Positions 36,452-46,600 of a stretch of DNA of 64,000 bases are shown here, one piece after another. This DNA comes from an uncultured Eubacteriales bacterium (GTDB lineage Bacteria > Bacillota > Clostridia > Christensenellales > UBA1242). Within the stretch, counting starts at the first letter, position 1; every line of letters starts with the position of its first letter. The stretch spans positions 8,768-72,767 of the forward strand of contig CARNVA010000007.1 in NCBI GenBank assembly GCA_949031345.1, written 5' to 3'. Position numbers and translations under genes: made by a program. The notes under the pieces were generated by a model, which worked only from the letters and a program-made list of their open reading frames with translations, ran no database searches and was not told where the DNA came from.

Positions 36452-36895
36452 ATGAAAGTATTACTACTTGCAGATGTAAGAGGCACTGGAAAAAAGGGAG
36501 AAATCAAAGAGGTTGCTGACGGCTATGCAAACAATTTTTTAATTAAAACAGGCAAGGCAAGACGGGCTGACAACAGCGCATTAAGCGAAAATAAAAACAG
36601 AATAGCAGCAAATGACTACCATAAAGAGATGGAACGCCAAGACGCAGTCAAACTGGGCGAACAACTGAAAGGCCAAAGCGTGAATATAAAAATTAAATGT
36701 GGTGAAAACGGAAAGACTTTTGGCTCTGTCACCGCGAAAGAAGTTGCAGACGCCCTTGCAAAACAGGGCTTTAATGTAGATAAACGCAAGATTGAGCTTA
36801 AAGAGCCAATTCGCACAGTCGGCAACTATCAAGTGAATGTCAAACTGCACAGCGAGGTATCAGTCAAACTGACCATCGAAGTTTCTGCTGCTTAA
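36452..36895 (+). CDS. rplI: 50S ribosomal protein L9
   Basis: [36 protein letters not shown]; 147 aa; SD AGAGGTG. Confidence 0.95.
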   Translation: MKVLLLADVRGTGKKGEIKEVADGYANNFLIKTGKARRADNSALSENKNRIAANDYHKEMERQDAVKLGEQLKGQSVNIKIKCGENGKTFGSVTAKEVADALAKQGFNVDKRKIELKEPIRTVGNYQVNVKLHSEVSVKLTIEVSAA

Positions 36896-36929
36896 ACTCG
36901 TCTTTGAAACTTTTTGCTTAAAACACAGA

Positions 36930-36968
36930 AAAACCATCCCAATATTTAGGATGGCTTTTCTTTTTTTC
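36930..36968. terminator. Terminator shared by rplI and the convergent 563-aa gene
   Basis: CCATCC-N9-GGATGG with T-runs on both strands. Confidence 0.55.
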
Positions 36969-38660
36969 TTAATTAACATATAGTTTAATGCTATAAACAA
37001 ATGCTTGTGAATTTGGCTGATTTAGATAAACGCCCACATTAAATTCTGACTTCTCAGGAATATCTTTTGGAACATAAAATGAAACTTGATCTATATTTTT
37101 GTCTTTATTTTCTACCGCTTTATTTAATAAATATTTTATATCGCCATTTTCCATTTTATAGCGTGCAAAAATATTTAATTTAGTATTTACTTCTGTCTTA
37201 CTTTCCACTTTTAAACATAGTGTTTTGCCTAGATGTTTATTAAAATCAATTTTCTGTGACAAAATATTCCAGCATTCTTTTTCGTCTCCACAAACTAATT
37301 TTATGCAAGCTTTATCAAAATAAGATTTAGATGAATGAGAAGATTTCCATAGACAATTTTCTTTTTCTCCAACATTGTCAATAAAAGTGTCTTTCAATAA
37401 ATTATTTTCATCATTGCAGCGTCTTTCTTCTTTTTCAGTTTTATTGTCGATAAAGTTTTGAACTAAATTGTAATAAGAATCTTTGTCTTTGTTTTGTATA
37501 TATACTTTCCCAATTTCTATAAATAATTGATTTAATTCAATTTCTTTATCTTGAATTTGTTTTAAAACCTTATCATATTCATCTTCAAACGCTTTTATTT
37601 TGTCTACAACTTTAATAGGATTGATGTTTTTCTTAGCTTCAAAATCAATAGGCTTTGCTTTCTTACTTATGATGAGCTTGTTTTTAGAAACAAATTCAGC
37701 AAATCTATCAAACATTACACGATAATTTTCATTAAACTCACGGTAATTTGCGAGATAAAAATAATAATCTAAAGGTTTGTTTTCTTCAAAATCATTTTTT
37801 GAAATGTAAGGTAAATGAAATAAATCTATCATCTCTTGCGTTCTTGAATCAATGGCAATAAATAAAGCTTTTATATTGTGATGAAGTGCAATTATATTCC
37901 CATGAAATCTTAACCCCATAGAAAAATTGTATTCTTGCAATCTTTCTACCCATTTTTGATAATTAAATTCTAGTAATGTATTTTCTTCAAGGTAATCATG
38001 CAAAAATTCAAAATTCTTTTTATCTTTTATATGAAAATTTTCCAGTTTGCCACCTGTTTGTTCAACAAACAAGAAATTTCTCTTTGCAAAATAGTTTAAA
38101 ATAGAAATCTCTTTTTCATCCAAGACTTCTCCAAAACTCTTAAAATTGCAACATGTATTGATTGCTTTTTGTTCATCTTCTATCTTTAAATTGCGGTTGT
38201 TCCAATAATACATAGATGGACAACCAATTACAGCAATATTAGTAATTCCATATTTTCTCAATATAGATGCAGTATATTCACCTCTCACGCCGAGCACAGC
38301 CCTTTCTTGCATCTTTTTCAACATTCTTTCAACCTGACTGCTCAGTTTAAAATCAGGATTAAAATTTTTATTTTGCAATCCTATACTTAAAGGTATAAAA
38401 GGAATGTTGTATTTATCTATATAAGATTCAATATAATCATATTCCGCACCTTCTCTAATCCAACATAAATCAGTAATTATAACAGCATCATAATCTTTGA
38501 ATTTATAGCTATCTTTATAGGACACTATGTCCGGGTCAAAAAGCCTGATTATTGATTCCCAATAAACAATGTTTCCCGAGTTCATTCCTACACTTTTAAA
38601 TAGTTCATCGAGAGCTTCAGAGCTTTCCTTTGAATATTTTTTTAATAACGCAATTTTCAT
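36969..38660 (-). CDS. Polysaccharide pyruvyl-transferase-like protein with a C-terminal extension of about 220 aa (563 aa)
   Basis: Motif-level only: NSGNIVYWESI near the N-terminus, GVRGEYTASILRKYGI...VIGCPSMY, and GLRFHGNIIALHH resembling the family's RxHxxIxA motif. SD AGGAG. Confidence 0.45.
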   Translation of the reverse strand: MKIALLKKYSKESSEALDELFKSVGMNSGNIVYWESIIRLFDPDIVSYKDSYKFKDYDAVIITDLCWIREGAEYDYIESYIDKYNIPFIPLSIGLQNKNFNPDFKLSSQVERMLKKMQERAVLGVRGEYTASILRKYGITNIAVIGCPSMYYWNNRNLKIEDEQKAINTCCNFKSFGEVLDEKEISILNYFAKRNFLFVEQTGGKLENFHIKDKKNFEFLHDYLEENTLLEFNYQKWVERLQEYNFSMGLRFHGNIIALHHNIKALFIAIDSRTQEMIDLFHLPYISKNDFEENKPLDYYFYLANYREFNENYRVMFDRFAEFVSKNKLIISKKAKPIDFEAKKNINPIKVVDKIKAFEDEYDKVLKQIQDKEIELNQLFIEIGKVYIQNKDKDSYYNLVQNFIDNKTEKEERRCNDENNLLKDTFIDNVGEKENCLWKSSHSSKSYFDKACIKLVCGDEKECWNILSQKIDFNKHLGKTLCLKVESKTEVNTKLNIFARYKMENGDIKYLLNKAVENKDKNIDQVSFYVPKDIPEKSEFNVGVYLNQPNSQAFVYSIKLYVN

Positions 38661-38739
38661 GTAATCTCCTAAGATTTTATAAACTTATTACAAACAAGTA
38701 AGCATTTACCTAGTTTTAAAAATATTTTTATTTTAAAAC

Positions 38740-39312
38740 TTATTGAAGAGGCACGAAACCACAGAAATAGTTTGGAATGTCACCAAAGATGAAACCTGTC
38801 TCGATTTTATCCTCAATGATTTTTTCGCCCTCTTTGAGAATGTTTGCTGAGCATGTCACTGTGAAGCCTGCGCGTTTTGCATAGTGGAAAATTGACCTTA
38901 ATGTCTTTCCTGTTGAAAATACATCATCAACAAAAACAACATTCTTGCCCAAAAGTTTTTGTTCGTCATCTTCTGATATGTAATAATTTACTCTGCCAGA
39001 AGTTATGCTTTCACCGTCAATTTGGCGTGGATTTGCCATATAGCACTTCTTTTCTTTTCTGAGGCAAACATAGTCAACGCCCATAAGGTTTGCCACCTCT
39101 TGTGCAATTGGAACGCCCTTAAGCTCTGTAGTGAGAATGATATCGCACTTATTCCCGCCCTTTTTGATTTGTCTTACAAGGTCTACTCCTGCAGCTTTCA
39201 AAAGTTGCATATCTCCAACAGGATTAAAGCCAGCAATCATGTCGCCATTTGGTGCTGGCAACACTGGCAATTTTCTTTCAAGCCCTAAAACATTTAAAAT
39301 ATAATATTCCAT
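38740..39312 (-). CDS. Phosphoribosyltransferase-family protein (purine/adenine PRTase-like)
   Basis: PRPP-binding motif NVVFVDDVFSTGKTL; 190 aa; SD GGGGGA. Confidence 0.8.
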   Translation of the reverse strand: MEYYILNVLGLERKLPVLPAPNGDMIAGFNPVGDMQLLKAAGVDLVRQIKKGGNKCDIILTTELKGVPIAQEVANLMGVDYVCLRKEKKCYMANPRQIDGESITSGRVNYYISEDDEQKLLGKNVVFVDDVFSTGKTLRSIFHYAKRAGFTVTCSANILKEGEKIIEDKIETGFIFGDIPNYFCGFVPLQ

Positions 39313-39458
39313 AAAATCCCCCTATTACTTAAAAAAATTTTATCATATCATAAATTATTTTGTCAAACAAAAGCAAGATAATTCGTTTAAAAGAAAATTT
39401 ATTTTACTCTTGAAATGTCTTTCAAAAGGTGTTATACTTAAGCTAGGAGATTTTTAAT

Positions 39459-40487
39459 ATGGCAAGAGACTTTTTTGATGGGAAAAATCCTACAGCAATT
39501 GAAATGCTTTCTTATATTGATGAAAATTTTTTCAAACGAGTTGACACAAAGCGCAAACTCATGAAATTCACACGCGCCTTTCTTGACAAATTTTGTGAAG
39601 AACGCAACCTTGCACCAGTTACACTCACCTCAGTTGAGTATAAATATGGTCATTATGCAACATACATGCACTACTCAGGACAGCTCAAAGTCAACAATCT
39701 GCTTGTAAAAAGCTTTGCTGAGTTTAAAGAGAAAAACAACTTTTTCTATGTTCAAGAATATTTTGACACAATCTTGCACGAGCTTCGCCACCATGAACAG
39801 TTTGTTGGAGCCCTTAAAGACGCTCACCCAATCGTAAAAAACACCATGCAGATTATGCGCCGCTTTAAAGGTGAAGAAATTTTTGACTCTCACTCATACT
39901 TTTTCAACCCAGTCGAACTTGACGCAAGACACTTTGCTTATAAGACACTTAAAAGCAATGCAAAAGTTTTTGAGCCTTATTACAAACATGAAGATTATGT
40001 CGAGTTTGAAACAACTGGTGAAGTTGAGGCGCAACTTGATTATGTTGCCCTGCTTAAAGACCCAGAGCTTCGCGGACTTAAACTTGTAAGCAGACAGGTA
40101 AAAGAAATTGAAGAGTCTGTAAAAGAAATTGCACTTAAAAACAAGCTCAGTTTTGTTGGTATTAAAGAGCGCCCTGAAATTGAGACAAAGATGGATGAAA
40201 TTGAAAACTTAATTCTTTCAAGCCGTGTAAATGCAGAAATCGCGCCAGAGTTTTATCGTGATGAATTTGTGCTTGAGTCAAACCCTGATGAGATTGAAGA
40301 AAAAATCAGTATAGAAAAAGCTTCATATACCAACTTCTTAAAAACACTCGCCGAAAAAGACAGAATTCGTCGCAAAAACAGAAGAATTGCAAAAAAGGAA
40401 GAAAAGCAAAAGTGTGAAGAGCTTATCAAAGAAAAGAAACTTTCAGAGCGCAAAGAAGAATACATAAAAGAAGAAAGAGATATTTAA
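39459..40487 (+). CDS. Hypothetical protein with an HExxH motif (342 aa) and a Lys/Glu-rich C-terminus
   Basis: ILHELRHHEQF (coding 39776..39790), followed about 45 aa later by NPVELDARHFA. SD AGGAGA. Confidence 0.6.
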   Translation: MARDFFDGKNPTAIEMLSYIDENFFKRVDTKRKLMKFTRAFLDKFCEERNLAPVTLTSVEYKYGHYATYMHYSGQLKVNNLLVKSFAEFKEKNNFFYVQEYFDTILHELRHHEQFVGALKDAHPIVKNTMQIMRRFKGEEIFDSHSYFFNPVELDARHFAYKTLKSNAKVFEPYYKHEDYVEFETTGEVEAQLDYVALLKDPELRGLKLVSRQVKEIEESVKEIALKNKLSFVGIKERPEIETKMDEIENLILSSRVNAEIAPEFYRDEFVLESNPDEIEEKISIEKASYTNFLKTLAEKDRIRRKNRRIAKKEEKQKCEELIKEKKLSERKEEYIKEERDI

Positions 40488-40545
40488 AGGGGATTATCCC
40501 CTTTTTTTGGGGGGTATTATACCCTTTTTTTGGGTTTATCCCCTT
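40488..40545 (+). terminator. Three tandem hairpin + T-run units after the 39459..40487 gene
   Basis: AGGGGATTATCCCCT-TTTTTT, GGGTATTATACCC-TTTTTTT, GGGTTTATCCCC-TTATTTT. The period is about 21-22 nt. Confidence 0.7.
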
Positions 40546-40571
40546 ATTTTAATTTTTTTTATTCTTAAAAA

Positions 40572-40605
40572 GAAAAAAAGCAGGTTATCAAAAGATAATC
40601 TGCTT
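40572..40605 (-). terminator. Rho-independent terminator of the giant gene
   Basis: Minus strand reads GCAGATTATC-TTTT-GATAACCTGC followed by TTTTTTTC, starting 15 nt after the stop. Confidence 0.7.
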
Positions 40606-40619
40606 TCTTTCTCAATCAA

Positions 40620-43600
40620 TTATTGATTTGCAAGTTTATCAAGTTTTTTCTTTCTTCTCTTAGCAAGAAGGATAATCAAAATGATTATTAAGATTACAAC
40701 TACGACTACTACTACAATTACAATAATGATTGTTGTCATTGTCTTGGTATTGACAATGATTTGAGCATCTTTATCAACGCACCAGAAAAGTCCGCTGTAG
40801 CTAAGTCTTGGGTCTGGATAGCTCTTGTAATGAAGCACATTTTTAAATTCATGTGCGCCAAGGTCTATCTTTCCCTTGAATGGATTTTCTTTTGTGCCGA
40901 TAGGCTCCCAATATCTGCCTTCAAAGCCGATATTGCTTGTTACTTTATAGCTGCACTCGCTGTAAGGAATGCCCTCGTCATTTGTTTCGCCATTATTTAC
41001 TGCATAAGCAACAAAGGCAAAATCTCTTGCTGTATTGATGAGATATGGGTCTTCATCTGTACCGCTTCCGCTAAGCCCAGACGCCCTTGCATCTTCATCA
41101 GTCCAAAGCACTCTTGCAAAGTATACATAGATGTTTATTTGATAACCAAAGAATCTATCCATGAAATCTTTGCCCATTGAAAGTGTGCCATTTACCACAT
41201 ATTCAGAAGCGTCAAAGGTTATGCCATCAACAACCACATAAGTCTTTTCATACTTGTAGTTTGCATTTGCGATTATTCTCATTGAGAAGTTGTCGCCATA
41301 CTTGACAGTCTTGCGGTCACCATTATTCACCTTATTTGAAGAGCCAGAGCCGTCTATGAAATAGAGTGTTCCAGACTTCAAGATTTCTGAATTATCAAGT
41401 GGTGAAGTCATTGCAAGATTGAAGGCAAGTGTGATGTCTTCTCTTGTGACCGGAATTGAAAGCTTGATTGAGTAATCTCCGCCATCAACTTCAGTGAGAT
41501 CTTTTACATCTAAGACATAACTGAATACATAAGTATTTGTTTCGCTGTCATAAACAGATTCAAAGATGCTTTGACCGAAGCCATAACCTCTTGATTTTTG
41601 AACAACTACAACCAAAGTATCGCCGACAGCTGCATTGAATACGCTGTTGTAATCACACTGCTTTCCATTTACAAGCACCTTAACAATTGTGTGAAGTGAG
41701 CCAAGCTCGCCTGCGTTAAAGTTTACTGCAACATTTCGGCCTTCAAACACTGCTGTAATGTCAAGTGGATAGTCAATGAGATTTGTAAATTCATATATGA
41801 TTTCACCAGCAACTCCAGGCTTGCCAATGTATTGCTCGCCTGTTGAATTGTTTTCCCAATATAAGAATTTATACCCTTCAATTGGCACTGCAACAAGAGT
41901 GAGAAGTTTTCCAGCGTCAAAGCTGCCGCTTAAAATTCCGCCATCCTGCCTTGCAAAGCTTTCGCCGCCATTTGCAAAGTCATTATTGTTGTTTTTAATA
42001 GTAAATTTAACTGTTGGGTTGTAAAGCGCTCTGACAACATATTCACCCATAACTAGATCTTTAATAGTAAAGCTCTTGCCGCGTTCGGTGATTTCTCCGC
42101 CATCGAGTTGAACAGTAAAACCAACAAATTCATATCCTGCTATTTCTGGAGCAGCAAACTCTAAGGTAGAGCCAACAGCAATTTCGCTATACCAGCGATT
42201 TTCCTGTCCAGTCCAAGCACTTGAGCCAAGGGCTGCAAGGTTGGTAATGAAATTGAAGTTTGAATAATTTGGGTCTTCAAGATATTTTGAAGGTGATACT
42301 TCTACTCTCACCTTAGCCCTGTCATACACATAGCGTGCGTAAAGGGTGAAAGTTTGAGTTGTTGCATCAAAGCTTCTATCTTGTTCATACATAGAGCCCT
42401 TATGAGTGTAACCAGTATTTTGCCAATTCATCATAATGTCATTGTATTTGTCAATGTATTGAATTGCATTTTCGTCACTTGTGTAGTAATAATATCCTGC
42501 AAAAGTGAAGCCCTTCTTCTTTGCAAATACAGTGCCATAATCGTTGGCTGAAAGACTGCTTAAATCCCACTCTTCGCCAAAGCGGATTTTCTTTTCCATT
42601 GTCACTGAGGTGTTTTCATCAACCACGAATTTCAAAGTATATTCTTTTGGCTCTACATAAACCACAATGGTTGCACCAGCTGTCACTTCATCAATGATAA
42701 AGTAAGCACTGTTTGTGAAGCCTGAGCTGAGTGGGTCTTCAGCAGTTACTTGTGAAACTTGAATGTTGTTGAAAGTTTCGTCACCTGAGTAGATAATGTG
42801 ATATTTAAGTAATCCGTCATCTCCTGTAAGGAGGCTGTATGAAATGAGTGAAGCAATGTCTACTCTAAGGCCGGCGCCAGTTACAACTGCAACATTGATT
42901 GAGTCACCACGGCTTGGTCTTGAAGAAACAAGCTCGTTTGATGTGTCAACAGTGAAAATTCCGCCGTGTACACCCTTTGTAATATCTTCGCCTTCATTGA
43001 CGAACATAATTTTAATATTGTTCTCTTTTGCGATAAAGCGCACGAGAATTTGTGAACCTTTTGTTGCGCCAGTGATTACATAGATGTCTTTTCCATTTAT
43101 GGTTGTCTGGCTTTGTATCATTCCTTTTGATGTGACAACTGAAGCTGTAAAGCCTTTTTCTGCAACAACTTCAAAGTAAAGCACTTCATCTGTATAAGAA
43201 ATGATTGTGTAGTTTCCGCCAATTACGAGGCTTCCTTGATATTCGTGATATTTATCATCTGAATATCTTTCGCCCTCACTGTTTGTCGCAAACACCTTTC
43301 CGCCCTTTGTAGAGCCAAGGTTGTCAATGTAGTTTACTTGAGTCGACGACTGAACAACCACTTCAATTTCGCTTGGTGTAAACACCACTTCAATATGTGT
43401 GATTGGGTCATAAAGATCAAGGTAGATTGAAATCTTGTTTCCATCAATTTCAAAGTCACCCTCGCCTGCCTTAACTCCATCAAGTAAAATCTCTGAAAGC
43501 TCATAACCATTTTGCGCTGCAAGCACAAGGTCAACATTAAGTCCAAGGAAGAAGTTTCCATTGTTTTGACCGATTACATCAACAGTGATGTCTTCACTTT

Positions 43601-46600
43601 CTTGAGAAGCTGTGAAGCTGCCCTTTCCAGTAGAAACAAATGTGATGTTGCGTTCTTTTCTTGCATAACATGCAAAGATTGGAATTATTCCCTCTTCGCC
43701 AGCTGCCTCTAAGGCATCTCTGATGTCACTTGAAACAACATAGTTTGTGTTTGGCTCTGTTGAAATTACATTTTCACCGATTTTCCAACCGATAAACTCA
43801 TAATTTTCAACAAGCTCTCTCTGAGTAAGAGTGATTGTCTTGCCAAAGTCAACAACTTGAACGCTGTCACTTGTGATTTCACCATACGCACCCTGACCTT
43901 CAGCCACATTTACACTGAATGTATATGTGCGAGGCGTTGCAGAAAATTCAATTGCAAAGTCTTCGTCAAAGCCTGCAAGTGAAGCTGAGAAGTAATAATA
44001 TCCGTCAGCATTAAGCACATTTGACACGCTTCCTTCAACAACATAGTTGTTCTCACCAGTTGCGAGGTCGCCAGCAGTGTAGCCATAGGCCATAACGCCA
44101 CTTACTGTGAAGGTTTCACCTGTTCTGATTAAGAAGGTGTCGCCTGAAAGTGTAATATTTGTTGAATTGAATGAAAGTCTTAAGAAGATGTTTCTCACAT
44201 CACTTACAGTCACTCTGTTGAGAGCGGCCTGAGCGCGTACTGAAAGTGAAGCACCGCTTACAAACTCTTCCCAAACATAGGTAAGAGTTTTCTTGTCTTC
44301 GCTGATGATTGGAGCATTTACTTTTCCGTTTCCAGCAAATACAACGCTTGATTCGGTAAATTCATAACCCTTCTTAGCAGTGTAGACAATTCTCACCCTT
44401 TGCTCTGTCTTAGCAACAACAGTTGTGCCTGAAATTGTCACTTCTTCGTCATCAATGAACACTTGATAATTTGCAATGTTTTCATTGAAGAGTTGAAGAG
44501 TATTGTCATCTGGCAAAATGTTGAAGACAACTGAGCTGTCTGCGATTAAGTTTTTAATGGTGAAGTAACCATTGTTTGTGATTTCTCCATGAAGATTTTC
44601 ATCATTCACTTCAAAGGTGTAGCCCTGTTTTGGAGTAACAGCCACTTGAAGATTTGTCTCGTTGTAAACGAGTGTGAAGGTCTGACCACTTATAATATTG
44701 TTGCCATTTACATTGACAGTAAGTCCATCGTCAAACACAATTGTGAGGTCAAATGGAGCATTTGTCCAAGTTGCAGCAAAGGTAAGTGTGAATACATTTT
44801 CGTTTGCGTCATAAACGCCGATTGTCTCTAAAATGTCACCTTCGTTGTAAATTTTTCCATCTTTGTCACTCCACTGAGCATTCTTTCCAGCAAGCACTGC
44901 TTGAGGGAATGCGCCAAGCGTCTGACCATAACGAGCAGAAATTACATTCGAGCCATTGATTGCACCATCGGTTGCGTCAAAGGTAATCTTATAAACTGCA
45001 CTTGTCCAAACTGCGTCAAGCACAACTGTCTTGTCGCCGTCAAGGTCTGGGAAAAGTTCATCAACAATTTGCTGGAAGTTTTTCTCGCCAAGTCTCAAGC
45101 CATTTGAGTAGGTATAACGCTCTAAGGTGTAAGTACCTTCAGTAGCAGTAAGTCTTGGTAGATTTTCTTCTGTAATTGAAGCAAGCTCTGAGTATTTATA
45201 AACTGGAGAAAGTGAATTTGAGTCTGTTCTGTTTGTATTTGCAGGAAGGTTGAGATTGATGCTTAATGTAATTTCCATCTCATCATAGGTCACGCTGAGC
45301 ACAACGGCTGAAGCAATGCCCTTCAAGATTGCCTTTCCTCTCAAATTGCCAGTATCAGTCAAATCTTTGTCTTTTGTTTCTCCACTTACAAGGTTGTAAG
45401 ACCTTACTTTGAAACCTCTTTCACCCACGAAATCAATTTCAACATCGGTGAAATATTCAACATAATAAACTCCGTCAACGTTTGTAAGTGCGTTTGCTGG
45501 GTTTGCTGTGACTGTAATATCTTCAACATTGTTTCCACTTAATGTAATTGAATATTTTTCAATTGTCCAAGAAGCGTAAATATTTAAAGTCAAGTTTTCG
45601 CCAGATTGGGTTGTAACAACCTCTTTAAGCACATCTACAATATTTGAGCTGTCAAGAGTGATATATCCACCATTTTGTGCAAGTTTATAACCTGCGAATT
45701 TATAACCTTTTCTTGTTGGCTGTCTGAATGAAGCAAGAAGTTCTTCGGCTGTTATATTTTGAAGTGGATAGCCCACTTTGAATGTAAAGCCTTCAGCAAC
45801 AATTCCGTCACTTACAAACTTGCCACCACTTACAAGGTCTGCGTGCTCTGTTGAAGCATTTACAACAATTTCAATTGTGAAGTTGTTGATATCACCTTTC
45901 ACATTATTAAGCACTTTGTAGTTTGCACTATCTTCGCCCTTAATTGAAAGAAGCACTGGTTTGTTTGTGCCAACCTCAGCGTCATAGAAGCCACTGTTGT
46001 CAAGGTCAATTTCAACCCTGTCTCCGCTTTCAATATAAGCGTCAATATTTGTATCGAATGAAGCAGGAAGTTTGTTTGTTTCATCATATTGTTTCACAAC
46101 TTCAACACTTGAAAGGTCAAGGTCTTTCACTTTGATTTCAACTGTTATGCTGTAGCCGTTTGACATAAGCCCAACAAAGTTTGAAGAAGTGATGACAAAT
46201 GAAATTGTCATGTCACTGCCCGCTTTAAGAAGTCCAGCACCAGAAATACTGCCATTGTCAAGCAAGATTGAGCTGATTGAAGCAAAGCCATTTTCAACAT
46301 CGGTTGTAACTCCGCCAATTGAAAGAGTGAAGCCTTCAATGAGAGCAAGCACATCTTCAATTGCAGTATTTACGCCAATCTGACCATAAGTGAAAGTCTT
46401 GTTTGTAATATCAAATGATACGCTTTCAACTACGGCTGGAGTGATTGAGCCCACATATTTGCCTTCTGGCAAGATGTAGTTTGCAATGTCTGCGCCCGCA
46501 ATAGCAATGCCTAAGAGGTCAATGTTTTGACCTGCTGTAACTTGAGCATATCTTCCTGTAAGATATACCTCGTCACCTTCAACAACATTTGTAAAGTTTG

